Assembly (NCBI RefSeq): GCF_000696425.1
Contig: NW_007731670.1
Location: 67,549 to 102,672, forward strand
Direction: 5' to 3'
DNA length: 35,124 nt
From: Galeopterus variegatus
Taxonomy: Eukaryota
Position 1 is the first letter of the stretch, and each line of letters starts with the position of its first letter. The notes beneath the pieces were generated by a model. The model was not told where the DNA came from, made no database searches, and saw only the letters and a list, made by a program, of their open reading frames with translations. The position numbers and the translations under genes were made by a program. Of this stretch, positions 1 through 11,159 are shown piece after piece.

Positions 1-97
1 GAACCGGTCTGTATGTGGGATCCGAACCCTCGGCGGGAGCACCGCCGCACTCCCAAGCAGCGCACTATCGCAGTGCGCCACCGGGCCGGCCCTGAAG
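1..97 (-). mobile_element. Family-A SINE, head portion only (cut by the window start)
   Basis: Bases 1..97 align to the reverse complement of the first ~97 nt of the 21909 and 22316 copies (gaaccggtctgtatgtgggatccgaaccctcggcgggag...ccaccgggccggccc). Confidence 0.7.
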
Positions 98-426
98 CCA
101 TCATTCTTGATGTGTTTGTCTGCACTGCTGGCCAGTGAGATGTCATCCTTTCAGGTCCTGGATTGTTAGTTCGTTCAAGTCATCTCAGAAGTGTTCTACA
201 TTCCTGTCCATATGCTCATTCACACTAAGGTTCAAGTGGTTGATTTATCAATATTATTCCTAAAATATTTAAATGTGAATGGGAGATAAGCCATTATCCA
301 AATAAATAAGTAAATACTTTCCTAATAGTATAATTCAAGCATTCTCTCTGGCAAAATTTCTTAATTTGTAGTTTATGGAGATCTTGGGAGATCTGTAATG
401 CTCTCCACAGACTCTCTGAAAATTGA

Positions 427-462
427 GTATATATGGCATGTTTTTTTTTTTTTTTTTCCCCT
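427..462 (+). repeat. Poly-T tract (about 20 T) upstream of the 490..595 t-SINE
   Basis: Homopolymer run read directly from the sequence. Confidence 0.8.
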
Positions 463-489
463 GTGAAAAAGCTCCATAGCTTTTTTTTT

Positions 490-595
490 GGGGGGGGTTG
501 GGGGGGTGGGGGGCAGCTGGCTGGTCCAGGTATTGAACCCTGGACGTTGGTGTTATCAGCACCACACTTTAACCAACTGAGCTAACCAGCTAGCC
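490..595 (-). mobile_element. Short tRNA-Ile-like t-SINE with a C-rich (not poly-A) tail and a ~22-bp target-site duplication
   Basis: The minus strand reads GGGCTAGCTGGTTAGCTCAGTTGGTTAAAGTGTGGTGCTGATAACACCAACGTCCAGGGTTCAATACCTGGACCAGCCAGCTGCCCCCCACCCCCCC. The flanking direct repeats are cctgtgaaaaagctccatagctttttt (461..489) and cctgaaaaagcaccatagctttt (596..620). Confidence 0.75.
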
Positions 596-2579
596 CCTGA
601 AAAAGCACCATAGCTTTTACTAGATTCTCAAAAGCCTCTGAATCCCAAGGACTAAGAATTGTGGAAACGATAGTGAACAAGGCTAAAAGGGTCACTGTCT
701 TCAGGAAATTATGTTCTAAGGGCAGGAAAAACAAACAGATGATGTGTCCTATGATTGGGGAAGTACAGGTGTTGTGAGAACATAGAGAGGGCCCCCTAAA
801 CCAGACTGAGGGCTGGGTGTCAGCAGAGGCTCCTTGGAGGAATTGACTATGAAACTGAGGCCTGCAGAATGAGAAATAGCATTTGGCTTGGTAAAGGAAG
901 GGTTGGAGGAAGGGGTGATGTTGGTAGAAGTAAGTGTTCCAGGTATCCACCTATGCAAAGGTCCAGAGTCCAGAGATACCTGGACAGTTCCCTAAGCTAG
1001 AAAGAGTTTGTATGGTTGAAGCTTAGAGTGCTTAGAGTTAGATTGAAGATTCAGTAAGATGAGGCTAGGAGGTGATTGGAAGCCAGGTTGTGTGTGTGAA
1101 ACTGGGCATACCGAGGGGAACAAGACGAAGGAGCCCCTACCTTCAGGAGTTTTATTTCAGTAAGGAGAAACTGAACAAGTCGGCAGATAAGCAAACAAGA
1201 TGATTTTTAATTTTGATGAAGATAATAAGGTGAGGTAGTAAATGGTGTCTGGGGTGTATATCAGAGGGAGCTCCTTAGATCAGCATACAGTGTGTCGCCA
1301 CATGGATTAGAGGGTTTCAACAAAGTGGTGGCAGGAGGAATGCAGAGAATTGGATAGATTTGAGAGACATTGAGAGAGCAGAATCAATAGTATTTGGTAG
1401 TTTACTGGAAAATAATAACAAACAACAATAGCTTCCGTTTGTTGAATACTTAACTAAGTATGAGGCACTGCTCCCAGTGCTTAATATATATATTTTTCTC
1501 ATTTATTCCTGTAACAACTCTGTGAAGTAGGCATTTTTCTTAATTTTATAGATGAGAAAATGGCGGCACAGAGGTGGAGGAGCTGGGATTCAAACTTAAG
1601 TCTGTCTCACTCCAAAGCCCTATGAGCAGTGGGGGCAAAGGAGAGGCAATAAATTTGGGGCAGAGGTAAGAGTGGGGGGAAAGATGATATATTTGAGATC
1701 TGTGGACTTGGGGTGCCATCCAAGCAGAGATGTTGAACATGCAAATAGATAAGCGAGTATGAAGCTCAGAAGAGAGATCTAGGTAAAGGAACAAATTCGT
1801 GAGTTGCCAGCATAGAAATGTTATTTGGAGTCACAAAATGGGTGAGAGCACCCCTGGGAAAGTATATAGAAGTATTAGAACAGAACTTTAAGGAGCACCA
1901 ACACATAAGAAATGACAGAGAAAGAACCTCCAAGAAGATGTAGCTAGAGCTCTAAAAAGAAAATCAGGACAGTAGCATCATGAAAGCCAAAAGAAGAGTT
2001 TCAGAGAGAGAATGGTCAACAGTGACATGTTCTCCTTGAGGGGAAGGAAGATAAGGGCTAGGATGTGTCTATGCATGGTAGTAACAGGAAATCCATTAGT
2101 TATCTAAGAGGACAGTCTCGGTGGACTAGTGGGGACAGATTTAGTTGATTGAACAGTGATTGAGAGGCAAGGAATTTGAAGTGGAAAGTATAGATAACTT
2201 GATGAAAATGTTTGTGTCTCTGGAGCTAAGAATCCGGAGTCCAGATTATAAGCGACACCCCTCTACTAGGCTGGGACCCTAGGGGTCTGCTGTACCTCCT
2301 CAAGAAAAGACATGTCCCTTTCCTCTCCAGCAGTCATTTAAAAAAAAAAAAAAATTCCCTGCTCTTAAGCCTCTGCCTTACCTTTTTCCTCAGAATACTC
2401 CCTGGATGAACTCAGTCCTGAAAAAAAATGTATATTGGCTGTTTTCTGCCTGCAGATCACTGGCATTACCAGAAGGGCCATGGGGAAGATATTCTCCCAG
2501 GGCAGATACACTCCCAGTGCAGCCAGGTGCTCATCACCTGTCTCTCTCTCCTGCTAGGCGTGCTAGTTGGGCTCCAGCA

Positions 2580-2849
2580 ATGGAGAAACACCATGGGCAT
2601 GTGTCTGTCCATTCGGACATCCTCTCCTTGGAAAACCAGTGCCTGGCCATGCTTCCTGACCCGAAGACCATGGACAAACTCGATGGGCATATGTCTGTCC
2701 ATTCGGACATCCTGTCCTTGGAGAACCGGTGCCTGGCCATGCTTCCTGACTTGAAGTCCATGGAAAAACCATGTGGACATGTGCCTTCCCACCCAGATGT
2801 CCTCTCCTTGGAGAACCGGTGCCTGGCCACCCTCCCCAGTCTAAAGAGC
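2580..2849 (+). repeat. TEP1: Three tandem ~90-bp coding repeats (the TEP1 N-terminal 30-aa repeats) inside exon 1
   Basis: Units MEKHHGHVSVHSDILSLENQCLAMLPDPKT / MDKLDGHMSVHSDILSLENRCLAMLPDLKS / MEKPCGHVPSHPDVLSLENRCLATLPSLKS. The DNA repeat also creates the overlapping off-frame and antisense ORFs at 2428..2851. Confidence 0.85.
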
Positions 2850-3056
2850 ACTGTGTCTTCCAGCTCCTTGCTCCAGTGTCTCCAGATATCTCACATGATG
2901 CAAGATGATTTGTGCAGCCTGAACACCAGCACTTGCTTGCTCTCTAAGCCTTCAATTTGGAGGGCTCAGTGTCTATCTAAGGAACTAGATCTTCTGACCT
3001 GCCCCATGGCCTTGAAATCCATCTCTGCCACAGAGAATGTTCAGGAAGCAACTCTG
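2580..3056 (+). CDS. TEP1: TEP1 first coding exon (start ATG at 2580; exon probably begins near the ctctctctcctgctag acceptor at 2556, with 5'UTR sequence upstream)
   Basis: Encodes MEKHHGHVSVHSDILSLENQCLAML...ATENVQEATL with three ~30-aa TEP1-type N-terminal repeats. It is in frame with ORF 2406..3188 (M59 to L217). The donor is CTG|gtaata at 3057. Confidence 0.85.
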
Positions 3057-3544
3057 GTAATAGCTTCAGGCACTCATCTTGACTCCAGCCATGTCTGTTG
3101 TATGCTCTTATCACTAGCTTTCAGTGCCTCAGTTTCCATCTGTGCTGCTCTATGTCTGGGTGTCTTTTTTCCTCAGAGCTTTTTCTGAGGTGCCCTTTAC
3201 CCCAGAGCTGTCTTCATCAGCATCATTATTCTTATTGCATATCTAGTTCAGAGATTCTGGACAACAGGTCAAAAACAGGCCCTGTCCTTAGAAAGCCTTC
3301 ACTCAGGAGTAGAGCCAGCATGATATTGCTACGGCAAAGTCAGTTAGGTGCTTTTGAGATCAGGCATGAGACACATCTACTATACCAAGACCCACTTCCC
3401 TATATGTGCATGTGCAAACACATGTCCACCTGTGTACATCTATAGAAGCACATTTAGTACATAGGTTGGAGTAGGTAGACAAACACGCATTGCTTCTGTA
3501 ATGACTTGGGATTTGAGCTGAGTAAACAGGCTAATCTGAGCCCA

Positions 3545-3700
3545 ATACTGTTTCTGCCAATTACAGACTATCCAACCTTGGGCAAGACTCTTAACCTTTT
3601 GGAGCTTTAATTTCCTCACCTTTAAAATGAGTCAGTGAAAATCTACCTCACAGGGTCATTGTCAGGATTACAACTACTGCCATCTTACATTGATTTAGGG
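3545..3700 (+). mobile_element. MIR-like ancient SINE fragment
   Basis: Core-like sequence ttgggcaagactcttaacc...tttcctcacctttaaaatga...acctcacagggtcattgtcaggatta. It resembles the MIR core (cttaacctct...tttcctcatctgtaaaatgg...acctcatagggttgttgtgaggatta). Confidence 0.55.
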
Positions 3701-4171
3701 CTTTGCAATTTGTGATGAGTCATACATATGTTATTCCATTTCATTTTCCAACAACCTTACCAGGTAAATGGTAGTGAATGAGGAAGCTGATGTTCAGAGA
3801 GATTAGCCAGGCCAAGGTTGCTAGGGGATAGATATGGGACTTGGCTCTTTCTCTTCTAACTCCCAAAACATCTTAATAGCATCCTAGAAGGTGTGTGAAG
3901 GGCTCCAGTCTCTCAGGCTCTGACACCGGTAAGGAGATGAAAGCAGGGGGAAGACCAGGAAGCACCCAGGACCAAGGCTCAGAAGGTTGAGCAGGAAAGG
4001 TGGTGTGTGTGACAGTAAGAGAGCTCTAAGTCAGAGACAGGACAGATTAGCACTGGGCTGTGAAGGGCAGGAGTTTACTGCTAGATAGAGATATGGGGCC
4101 ACCTTCAGATTTGTCTTATGTTTGAGGGACCATGGGTACATGCTGTGATTCATAACTTCCAGTATCTCCAG

Positions 4172-4354
4172 GGCTGTTGGTCGTACTCAGAAGAGAAAAA
4201 GCCAGAAGAGAAGGAAGGAACAGAAGCCCAAATGCCTCTTTATAGTTTAAGCTTGGGAGAGGAGCAGGAGGTGGAGGAGCTGATCCTGAAGCTCACATCT
4301 GGAGACTCCGAATCTTGTCCTGAGCCCACTGACCAGGCCCTTCAGGAAAAGAAG
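4172..4354 (+). CDS. TEP1: TEP1 coding exon 2
   Basis: Acceptor tatctccag|GGC. Encodes GCWSYSEEKKPEEKEGTEAQMPLYSLSLGEE...DQALQEKK. Donor AAG|gtgaaa. Phase 0 to 0. Anchored on ORF 4118..4384. Confidence 0.85.
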
Positions 4355-4639
4355 GTGAAAGTTTCAGAGTTAGGGAGAGGTTGATGGTGGTGGAGGGAAG
4401 GGGAGGGATGGGGGATCTGGACCAGGTTCTCTCCCTGGATGGAAGGGGAAGGAGGAGACATGACCCAGCTCTTAATTTTTCACTTCAATCCCCATTTCTA
4501 ACCTCTCAGTTGGACAAATATCCTTCCAAATCTGGAGCCTATTCTGTCTTTCCTTGACTTTGTTAGTTGGTTCACATGGATGCTTAAGCTGGTCCCTGTT
4601 ATCTGTCTCTCTCTTTTTCCCCTCTTTCCCTTTTTTCAG

Positions 4640-4774
4640 ATGGTTCTAATGAGCTTGCTGTGCTCTACTGTGGCCTCAGATGTAAATATGGAAGATGTGA
4701 GTGACCCCATCCGGTCTTCCATCCTGGCAGCCTGTAGTGAACTTGCACCCTTGGAGCCTGAGTTTATACTCAAG
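4640..4774 (+). CDS. TEP1: TEP1 coding exon 3
   Basis: Acceptor cccttttttcag|ATG. Encodes MVLMSLLCSTVASDVNMEDVSDPIRSSILAACSELAPLEPEFILK. Donor AAG|gtattg. Anchored on ORF 4580..4843. Confidence 0.85.
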
Positions 4775-6712
4775 GTATTGTGGAGTGAAGGAGGGGATGG
4801 GAGTGGAAAGCTGGGAGATAGAGAACATGGTTATGTTGTATGAGGGGGGTGGTGACTAACCTCATGGTGGGGTGGGAGGTTCACTTAGGAAGGATCTCTG
4901 GGCAAGTCTGAGGCCTAGCCCCTGGGCTTCTGTGAACAATGGGGAAAGATGAGATTGGGAAGGAATGTACTAGTGTTGGCATGTTTATTAAGTACACTGT
5001 GCTAGGCCTTGAGGGTCCTACTAACAGATATAATGAAACTTGCATCTGGCTCTTAAAGAGTTTATAGTGCTATTAGGGAAGCAAAACACTGTTTCCCAAA
5101 CATCCCAAATGCAACTGGAGTACTACTAGATGGTGAACATTTCAGAAGAAAACAGGAGAGGGAATGTTTTCTATGAGGCTTCAGAAAATGTTTTCTGAGG
5201 CTTTGGAAGATGGCAGGTTTAATCAAAGATTTGAGCCCTGGCTAAGTTTTTGATAGACATTGATGTGGAAAGTCTTCCAAAGAGGGAAAGGGCCTGGTTG
5301 ACCTTGAAGGCAGTTGGTAGACTTAGAGGACATACTGGCAATGTAGATAAATGCTAGATTATGGAGGATTTACAATGTTAAGCCAGGAGGTTGGGCTTTC
5401 TGTTATTTATTTATCAAAACGTAATTGATTGTACATATCTGTGGGATATTGCGTTGAATACAATACCTGTGTGCAATATGTGGTGTTCAAATCAGGATAA
5501 TTAGTATATTCAACATTACATAATGTAATCATTTTTTTGTGGCCCTTTACCAATTCCCCTACCCCTCTCTCCTTTCCCACCTCTGGTAATCTTGGTTCCA
5601 TGTTCTCCTTTTGAAAGTTCAACATATTATTGTGATTGTTGTATCTTTCTTTCTTCTTTTTTATTTATTTGTTTATTTATTTTTTTTAGCTCCCACTTAT
5701 GAGTGAGGACATGCGGTGCCTGGATTATTTCACTTAACATTATTTTCTCTAAGTTCATCCATGTTGCTGCAAATACCAGAATTTTATTCTTTTTTTATGA
5801 CAGAGTAGTATTCCATTAAGTATATCCAGTCATCTATCAACAGACATATAGGCCAGTTCTATCTCTTGGCTATTGTAAATAGACCTGCAATAAACATGGG
5901 AGTACAGATATCTCTTTGACATGATGATTTCCATTGCTTTGGGTATATACCCGGCAGTGGGATTGTGGGATCATATGACAGTTCTACCTGTAGTTGTCTG
6001 AGGAGACTTCATACTGTTTTCCATCATGGCTGCACTAATTTACAGTCCCACCAACAGTGTACATGGGTTCCTCTTTTTCCTCATCCTCACTAGCATTTAT
6101 TAATCTCTGTCTTTTTGACAATAGCCAGTCTAACTGAGATGAGATGATATCTCAGTGTGGTTTTGATTTGCATTTCCCTGATATTCAGTGATGTTGAGCA
6201 TTTTTTCATGTGTCTGTTGGCCATTTGTATATCTTCCTTTGAGAAATGCCTGTTAGGCTCCTTTGCCCATTTTTTAATCTGGTTACTTTTTTTTTTACTA
6301 TGAAGTTGTTTGAGTTTCTTATATATTCTGGATGTTAATCCCTTGTCGGATGTATAGCTTTTGCAACTATTTTCTCCCATTCTGTAGGTTGTCCTTTCGC
6401 TCTTTTAATTGTTCCTTTTGCTGTACAAAAGCTTTTTAATTGGACATAATCCCATTTGTTTTATTTTTTCTTTTATTGACCTGTGCTTATGGGGTCTTAT
6501 TCATAAAGTCTTTGCCAAGTCCTACTTCCTGAAGTGTTTCCCCTTTGTTTTCTTTTAGGAGTTTTTTAGTTTCAGGTATTATATTTAAGTCTTTAATCCA
6601 TTTTGAGTTGGTTTTGGTATATGGCAAGAAGTATGGGTCTAGTTTTATTCTTCTACATATGATGTCCAGTTTTCACAGCACCATTTATTAGAGAGGCAGT
6701 CTTTTCTCCAAG

Positions 6713-6718
<6 letters not shown>

Positions 6719-6743
<25 letters not shown>

Positions 6744-6753
6744 GGTGCCTTTT
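6719..6753 (+). repeat. T33 homopolymer inside the antisense L1 body
   Basis: Homopolymer run read directly from the sequence. Confidence 0.8.
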
Positions 6754-9700
6754 GGTCTGTCTTGAAGATCAGTTGGCTATAAGTATGTGTGTTAATTTCT
6801 GGGTTCTCTATTCTGTTCCATTGGTCTGAGTGTCTGTTTTTACATCAGTAGCATGCTGTTTTAGTTACGTAGCTTTGTAGTTAATTTGAAGTCAGGCAGT
6901 GTAATGCCTCTGGCTTTATTTATTTATTTATTTTTTGCTTAGGATTACTTTGTATATTTGGGGTCTTTTGTTCTTGCATATAAGTGTTAGGATTGTTTTT
7001 TCTGTTTCTGTGAAGAATGTCATTGGTATTTTGACAGGCATTGCATTGAATCTGTAGATCACTTTTGGTAGTATGGATGTTTTCATAATGTTAATTCTTC
7101 TAATCCAAGAGCATGGGATGTCTTTCCATCCTTTTGTGTCCTCTTTAATTTCTTTCAGCAAAGATTTGTTATTCATGTTGTAGAGATGAATACCTCCTTG
7201 GTTTGAATTTACCTCCTTGGTTGAATTTATTACTAGGTATTTTATTTTTTTGTTGACTATTATAAATGATCTGGCTTTCTTGACTTCTTTTTCTGCTAGT
7301 TTGTTATTGAAGTATAAAAATGCTACTGATTTTTGTGTGTTGATTTTGTATCCTGAAACTTTACTGAAATTGTTTATCAGCTCTAAGAGTTTTTTGGTTG
7401 AGTCTTTCTATATGTAGGATCATGTCATCTGCAAACAGGGACAGTTTGACTTCATCTTTTCCAATCTGGCAGTCCATTATTTCTTTCTCTTGCCTGATTG
7501 CTCTGGCTAGTATTTCCAATACTTGGTGAGAGTGGGCATCCTTGTCTTATTCCCATTTTTAAGGGAAAAGCTTTCATCTTTTCCCCATTCAGGATGATAT
7601 TGGTAGTGGGTTTGTCATTTATGGCTTTTATTGTGTATGTTAAATAAGAGTGGTGAGAGTGGGCATCCTTGTCTTATTCCCATTTTTAAGGGAAAAGCTT
7701 CCATCTTTTCCCCATTCAGGATGATATTGGTAGTGGGTTTGTCATTTATGGCTTTTATTGTGTTGAGATACTTTCCTTCTATACCTAATTTGCTAACGGT
7801 CTTTATTGTGAAGGTATGTTGAGTTTTGTCAAATGCTTTTGCTGCATCTATTAAGATAGTCATATGGTTTTCATCCTTGATTTTGTTGATGTGGTGTATC
7901 ACATTTATTGACTTGCATATATTGAACCATCCTTGCATCCCTGGGATGAATCTCACTTGATTGTGGTGTATAATTTTTTTGATGTGTTGCTGTATTCTGT
8001 TTGCTAATATTTGGTTGAGGATTTTTGCATCTATTTGTATCAAAGATACTGGCCTGTAGTTTTCTTTTTTTGTTATATCTCTGACTGATTTTGGTATCAC
8101 TGTGATGCTGGCTTCATAAAATGAGTTTTGGAGAATGGGTTCTGTTTCAATTTTTTGAAGTAGTTTGAAGAGAATTGTTATTAATTCCTCTTTAGATGTT
8201 TGGTAGAATTCAGTGGTAAAGCTATCCAGTCCTGGGCTTTTCTTTGCTGCAAGACTGCTGATTACTACTTCATTCTCGTTGCTTGTTATTGGTCTGTTCA
8301 GGTTTTCTGTTTCTTCTTGGTTCAGTCTTGGTAGTTTGTATGTGTCCAGAAATTTATCCATTTCCTTCAGGTTTTCAAATTTGTTGGTGTATAGTTGTTT
8401 ATAAGTCTCTAATGATTGTTCATATTTCTGTAGTATCAATTGTAATGTCTCCTCTTTCATTTCTGATTTTTGTTATTTTGGTCTCTCTTCTTTCTTTAGT
8501 TAGCCTAGCTATTGGCTTGTCTATTTTGTTTATCCTCTCAAAAAAAAACAACTTTTTGTTTCATTGATCCTTTGTATCATATTTTGGGTCTCTATTTCAC
8601 TTAATTCTGTTATGATCTTAATTATTTCTGTCTACTAATTTTGGGATTGGATTGTTGTTTTTCTAGTTCTTTGAGGTTTAGTGTTAGGTAGTTCATATGA
8701 AATCTTTCTTTTGATATGAGTGTTTATTGCAATAAACTTCTCTCTTAGTACTGTTTTGCTGTATCCCATAGATTTTGGTATGATTTGTCTTTATTTTTGT
8801 TAGTTTCAAGAAATTTTTTATTTCCTATTTAATTTCTTCTTGGACCCATACGTTGTTAAAGAACATGTTGTTTAATTTCTATGTGTTTTTATAGTTTTCA
8901 GAGTTTTGTTTTTATTGATTATTACTTTTAATCTGTTGTCTTCTGAAAAGATACTTTAAATGATTTCAATTTCTAAAAAATTTGTTGAGACTTCTTGTGA
9001 CTTAAAATGTGGTCTGTCCTAGAGAATGTTTCATGTGCTGATGAGAAGAATGTATATTCTGTAGTTGTCAGATGAAATGTTCTGTAGGTATCTGCCAAGT
9101 CCAATTTGCCTGAAGTGTAGTTTAAATCCTGTGTTTCTCTGTTGATTTGTTGCCTAAATTACCTGTCCAATTCTGAGAAAGGGGTGTTCAGGTCCCCAAC
9201 TATTATCATATTAGGGTCCATCTCTTTCTTTAGTTCTAATAGTGTTTGCTTTATATATCTGGGTACTCCAGTATTGGGTGCATATATAAACATATAAGTG
9301 TTATGTCTTCACACCGGATAGATCCCTTTTATCATTATATAGTAGCCTTCTTTGTCTCTTTTTATGGTTTTTGGTTTAAGGTCTATTTTATCTGATATAA
9401 GAATAGCTACTCCTGCTCATTTTGGTTTCCATTTCCATGGTATATCTTTTTTTATTCCTTCATTCTTAGTCTGTGTGTGTCTTTACAGGTGAGATGAGTC
9501 TCTTGTTGATAGCATGTAGTTGGGTCTAGCTTTTTAATCCTATCAGTCTTTTTTTGAGTGGGGAGTTTAATCATTTACATTTAGGGTTGTAATTGAAAGG
9601 TACTGTCTTCTGACATTTAACTGGTTTTTGTATGGTTGACTTAAATATCTTGTTCCTTTCTTCCCCTTTTATTCTTTGTCTCCAGTGTTTTTGGATTTTT

Positions 9701-10487
9701 GAGGTGTTATGGTATAGTTTCTTTCTCTTTCCCATTTGCGTATCTGCTCTACCAGTGGTGTTTGTTCATACTCATGTGTTCATGGTGGTGATTATTATGT
9801 TTTAGGTTCTAGGTGCAGGACTCCCTCAAGATTTTTCTTATCTTGCTGGTTGTGTGGTTGTGAAGTCCTGCAGCTTTTGTTTGTCTGAGAAATATACTAT
9901 TTTCCCTTCATTTCTGAAGCATATCTTTGCTGGGTATAGTATTCTTGGCTGGCAGTTTTTTTCTTTTAGTACTTTGAATCCAGTTCTCTTCTGGCTGTAG
10001 GATTTCTGCTGAGAAGTCTCCCTCATAGGTGAATTGACATTTGTTTCTTGCTGATTTTAGGATTCTTTGTCTCTGACTTTTGAAAGTTTGATTATAATGT
10101 ATTTCAGAGAGGACTTTTTGGATTGAATCTATTTGGAGATCTTAGAGCCTCTTGGATGTGGAAGTCTGTATCTCTACTACCAATATCTGGGAAGTTTTCT
10201 GCTATCATTTTATTGAAGGTGTTTTCAATGTCTTTTCCTTTCTCTTCCCCCTCTGGAACACTCACGATTCAGATGTTTGTGTGTTTAACGTTGTCTGCTA
10301 GCTCTCTTTGATTTTCTTCACTTTTTTTTTTCTTTATTTATTTTTGTCCACTTGGATTATTTAAAAAAGACTGTCTTCAGAATCAGAAGTTATTTCTTCC
10401 ACTTTCTCTAGCTTGCTGCTTATGCTCTCAGTTGTAGTTTTTATTTTGTTGAATAAGTCTTTCAGTTCCAGGAGCTTTGCTACATTC

Positions 10488-10727
10488 TTTTTTTTTTTTT
10501 TTTTGTCTTTTGTCTTTTTTCCGTGTCCGGCAATGGATCGCAACCCTCAGTGTTGCCCCCGTACCGGACCGGGGACCGGCAACGGTATCGCAACCCTCGG
10601 CGTTGCTCCCGCGCCTCGCTCAGCCAGTGAGCGGGAGCCGGTCTGTATGTGGGATCCGAACCCTCGGGCGGGAGCGCCGCCGTGCTTCCCAAGCGGCGCA
10701 CTATCCAGTGCGCCACCGGGCCGGCCC
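10488..10727 (-). mobile_element. Young CpG-rich ~230-bp SINE (family A) nested inside the L1 ORF1 region, with poly-A tail and target-site duplication
   Basis: Reverse complement of the head GGGCCGGCCCGGTGGCGCACTGGATAGTGCGCCGCTTGGGAAGCACGGCGG...GAGGGTTGCGAT...CCGGACACGG(A)n. It is flanked by a direct repeat: ctacattc before the T16 run and tacattctttt after. It interrupts the L1 ORF1 coiled-coil coding sequence. Confidence 0.8.
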
Positions 10728-11159
10728 TACATTCTTTTTTATGGTATTTATCTTTGTTTAAATTTCCTCCTTCATGTCCTGGATTGTTTTTCTCATTTCA
10801 TTTTGTTGTCTATTTGAGTCTTCTTGTATGTCACTGAGTTTCTTCAAGATTGTTACTCAGAATTCCTTTTTAGAGGATTTACTGTTGTTTGGGGTCTGCT
10901 TTTTTGAGAATTGTGCTATTCCTCTGGTAGTGTCATATTTTCTTGTTTTTCGTATTTCTAGTATCACTACAATAATTTCTAGTCATATAGGGGAGTGTTT
11001 ACTTCTTCTATTACTCTGGGGTGGCTTTTGAGGAGAGAGACTCCCTCCTTTAGATTTGTTATATGTTGCCTATTGGATGGGGTTTTAGTTTTGGTTCTGT
11101 AGAATCAGTAGTTTTGGTAGTTCTGGGTACAGTCGATTGTTCTGAGTAGACTCAGTAAT

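Noticed and set aside
2406-2579. N-terminal extension of exon 1 (MNSVLKKNVYWLFSAC... from ORF 2406..3188) as the true start
   Set aside because: An in-frame polypyrimidine-AG acceptor (ctctctctcctgctag) sits at 2541..2556, just upstream of the MEKHHGH ATG. The TEP1-type repeat begins exactly at that ATG. The upstream stretch is more likely intron plus 5'UTR, presumably with a noncoding exon 1 further upstream.
2428-2851. Overlapping ORFs in other frames and on the minus strand (2428..2754, 2466..2792, 2534..2851, 2563..2772)
   Set aside because: They are artefacts of the three 90-bp tandem coding repeats in TEP1 exon 1. Each frame stays open across repeated units.
7615-8460. 281-aa minus ORF as a host gene (reverse transcriptase)
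   Set aside because: It is the RT domain of the intronic LINE-1 ORF2, flanked by other decayed L1 ORF fragments. It is part of a transposon, not a cellular gene.
10413-10837. ORFs 10413..10817, 10477..10761 and 10480..10716, and the similar ORFs at 21903..22207 and 22283..22584
   Set aside because: They are translations of the family-A SINE copies. The same peptide strings (..GIATLGVAPAPRSASERE.. and ..GSAPSEGLDPTYRPVPAHWLSEA..) recur wherever the SINE occurs.
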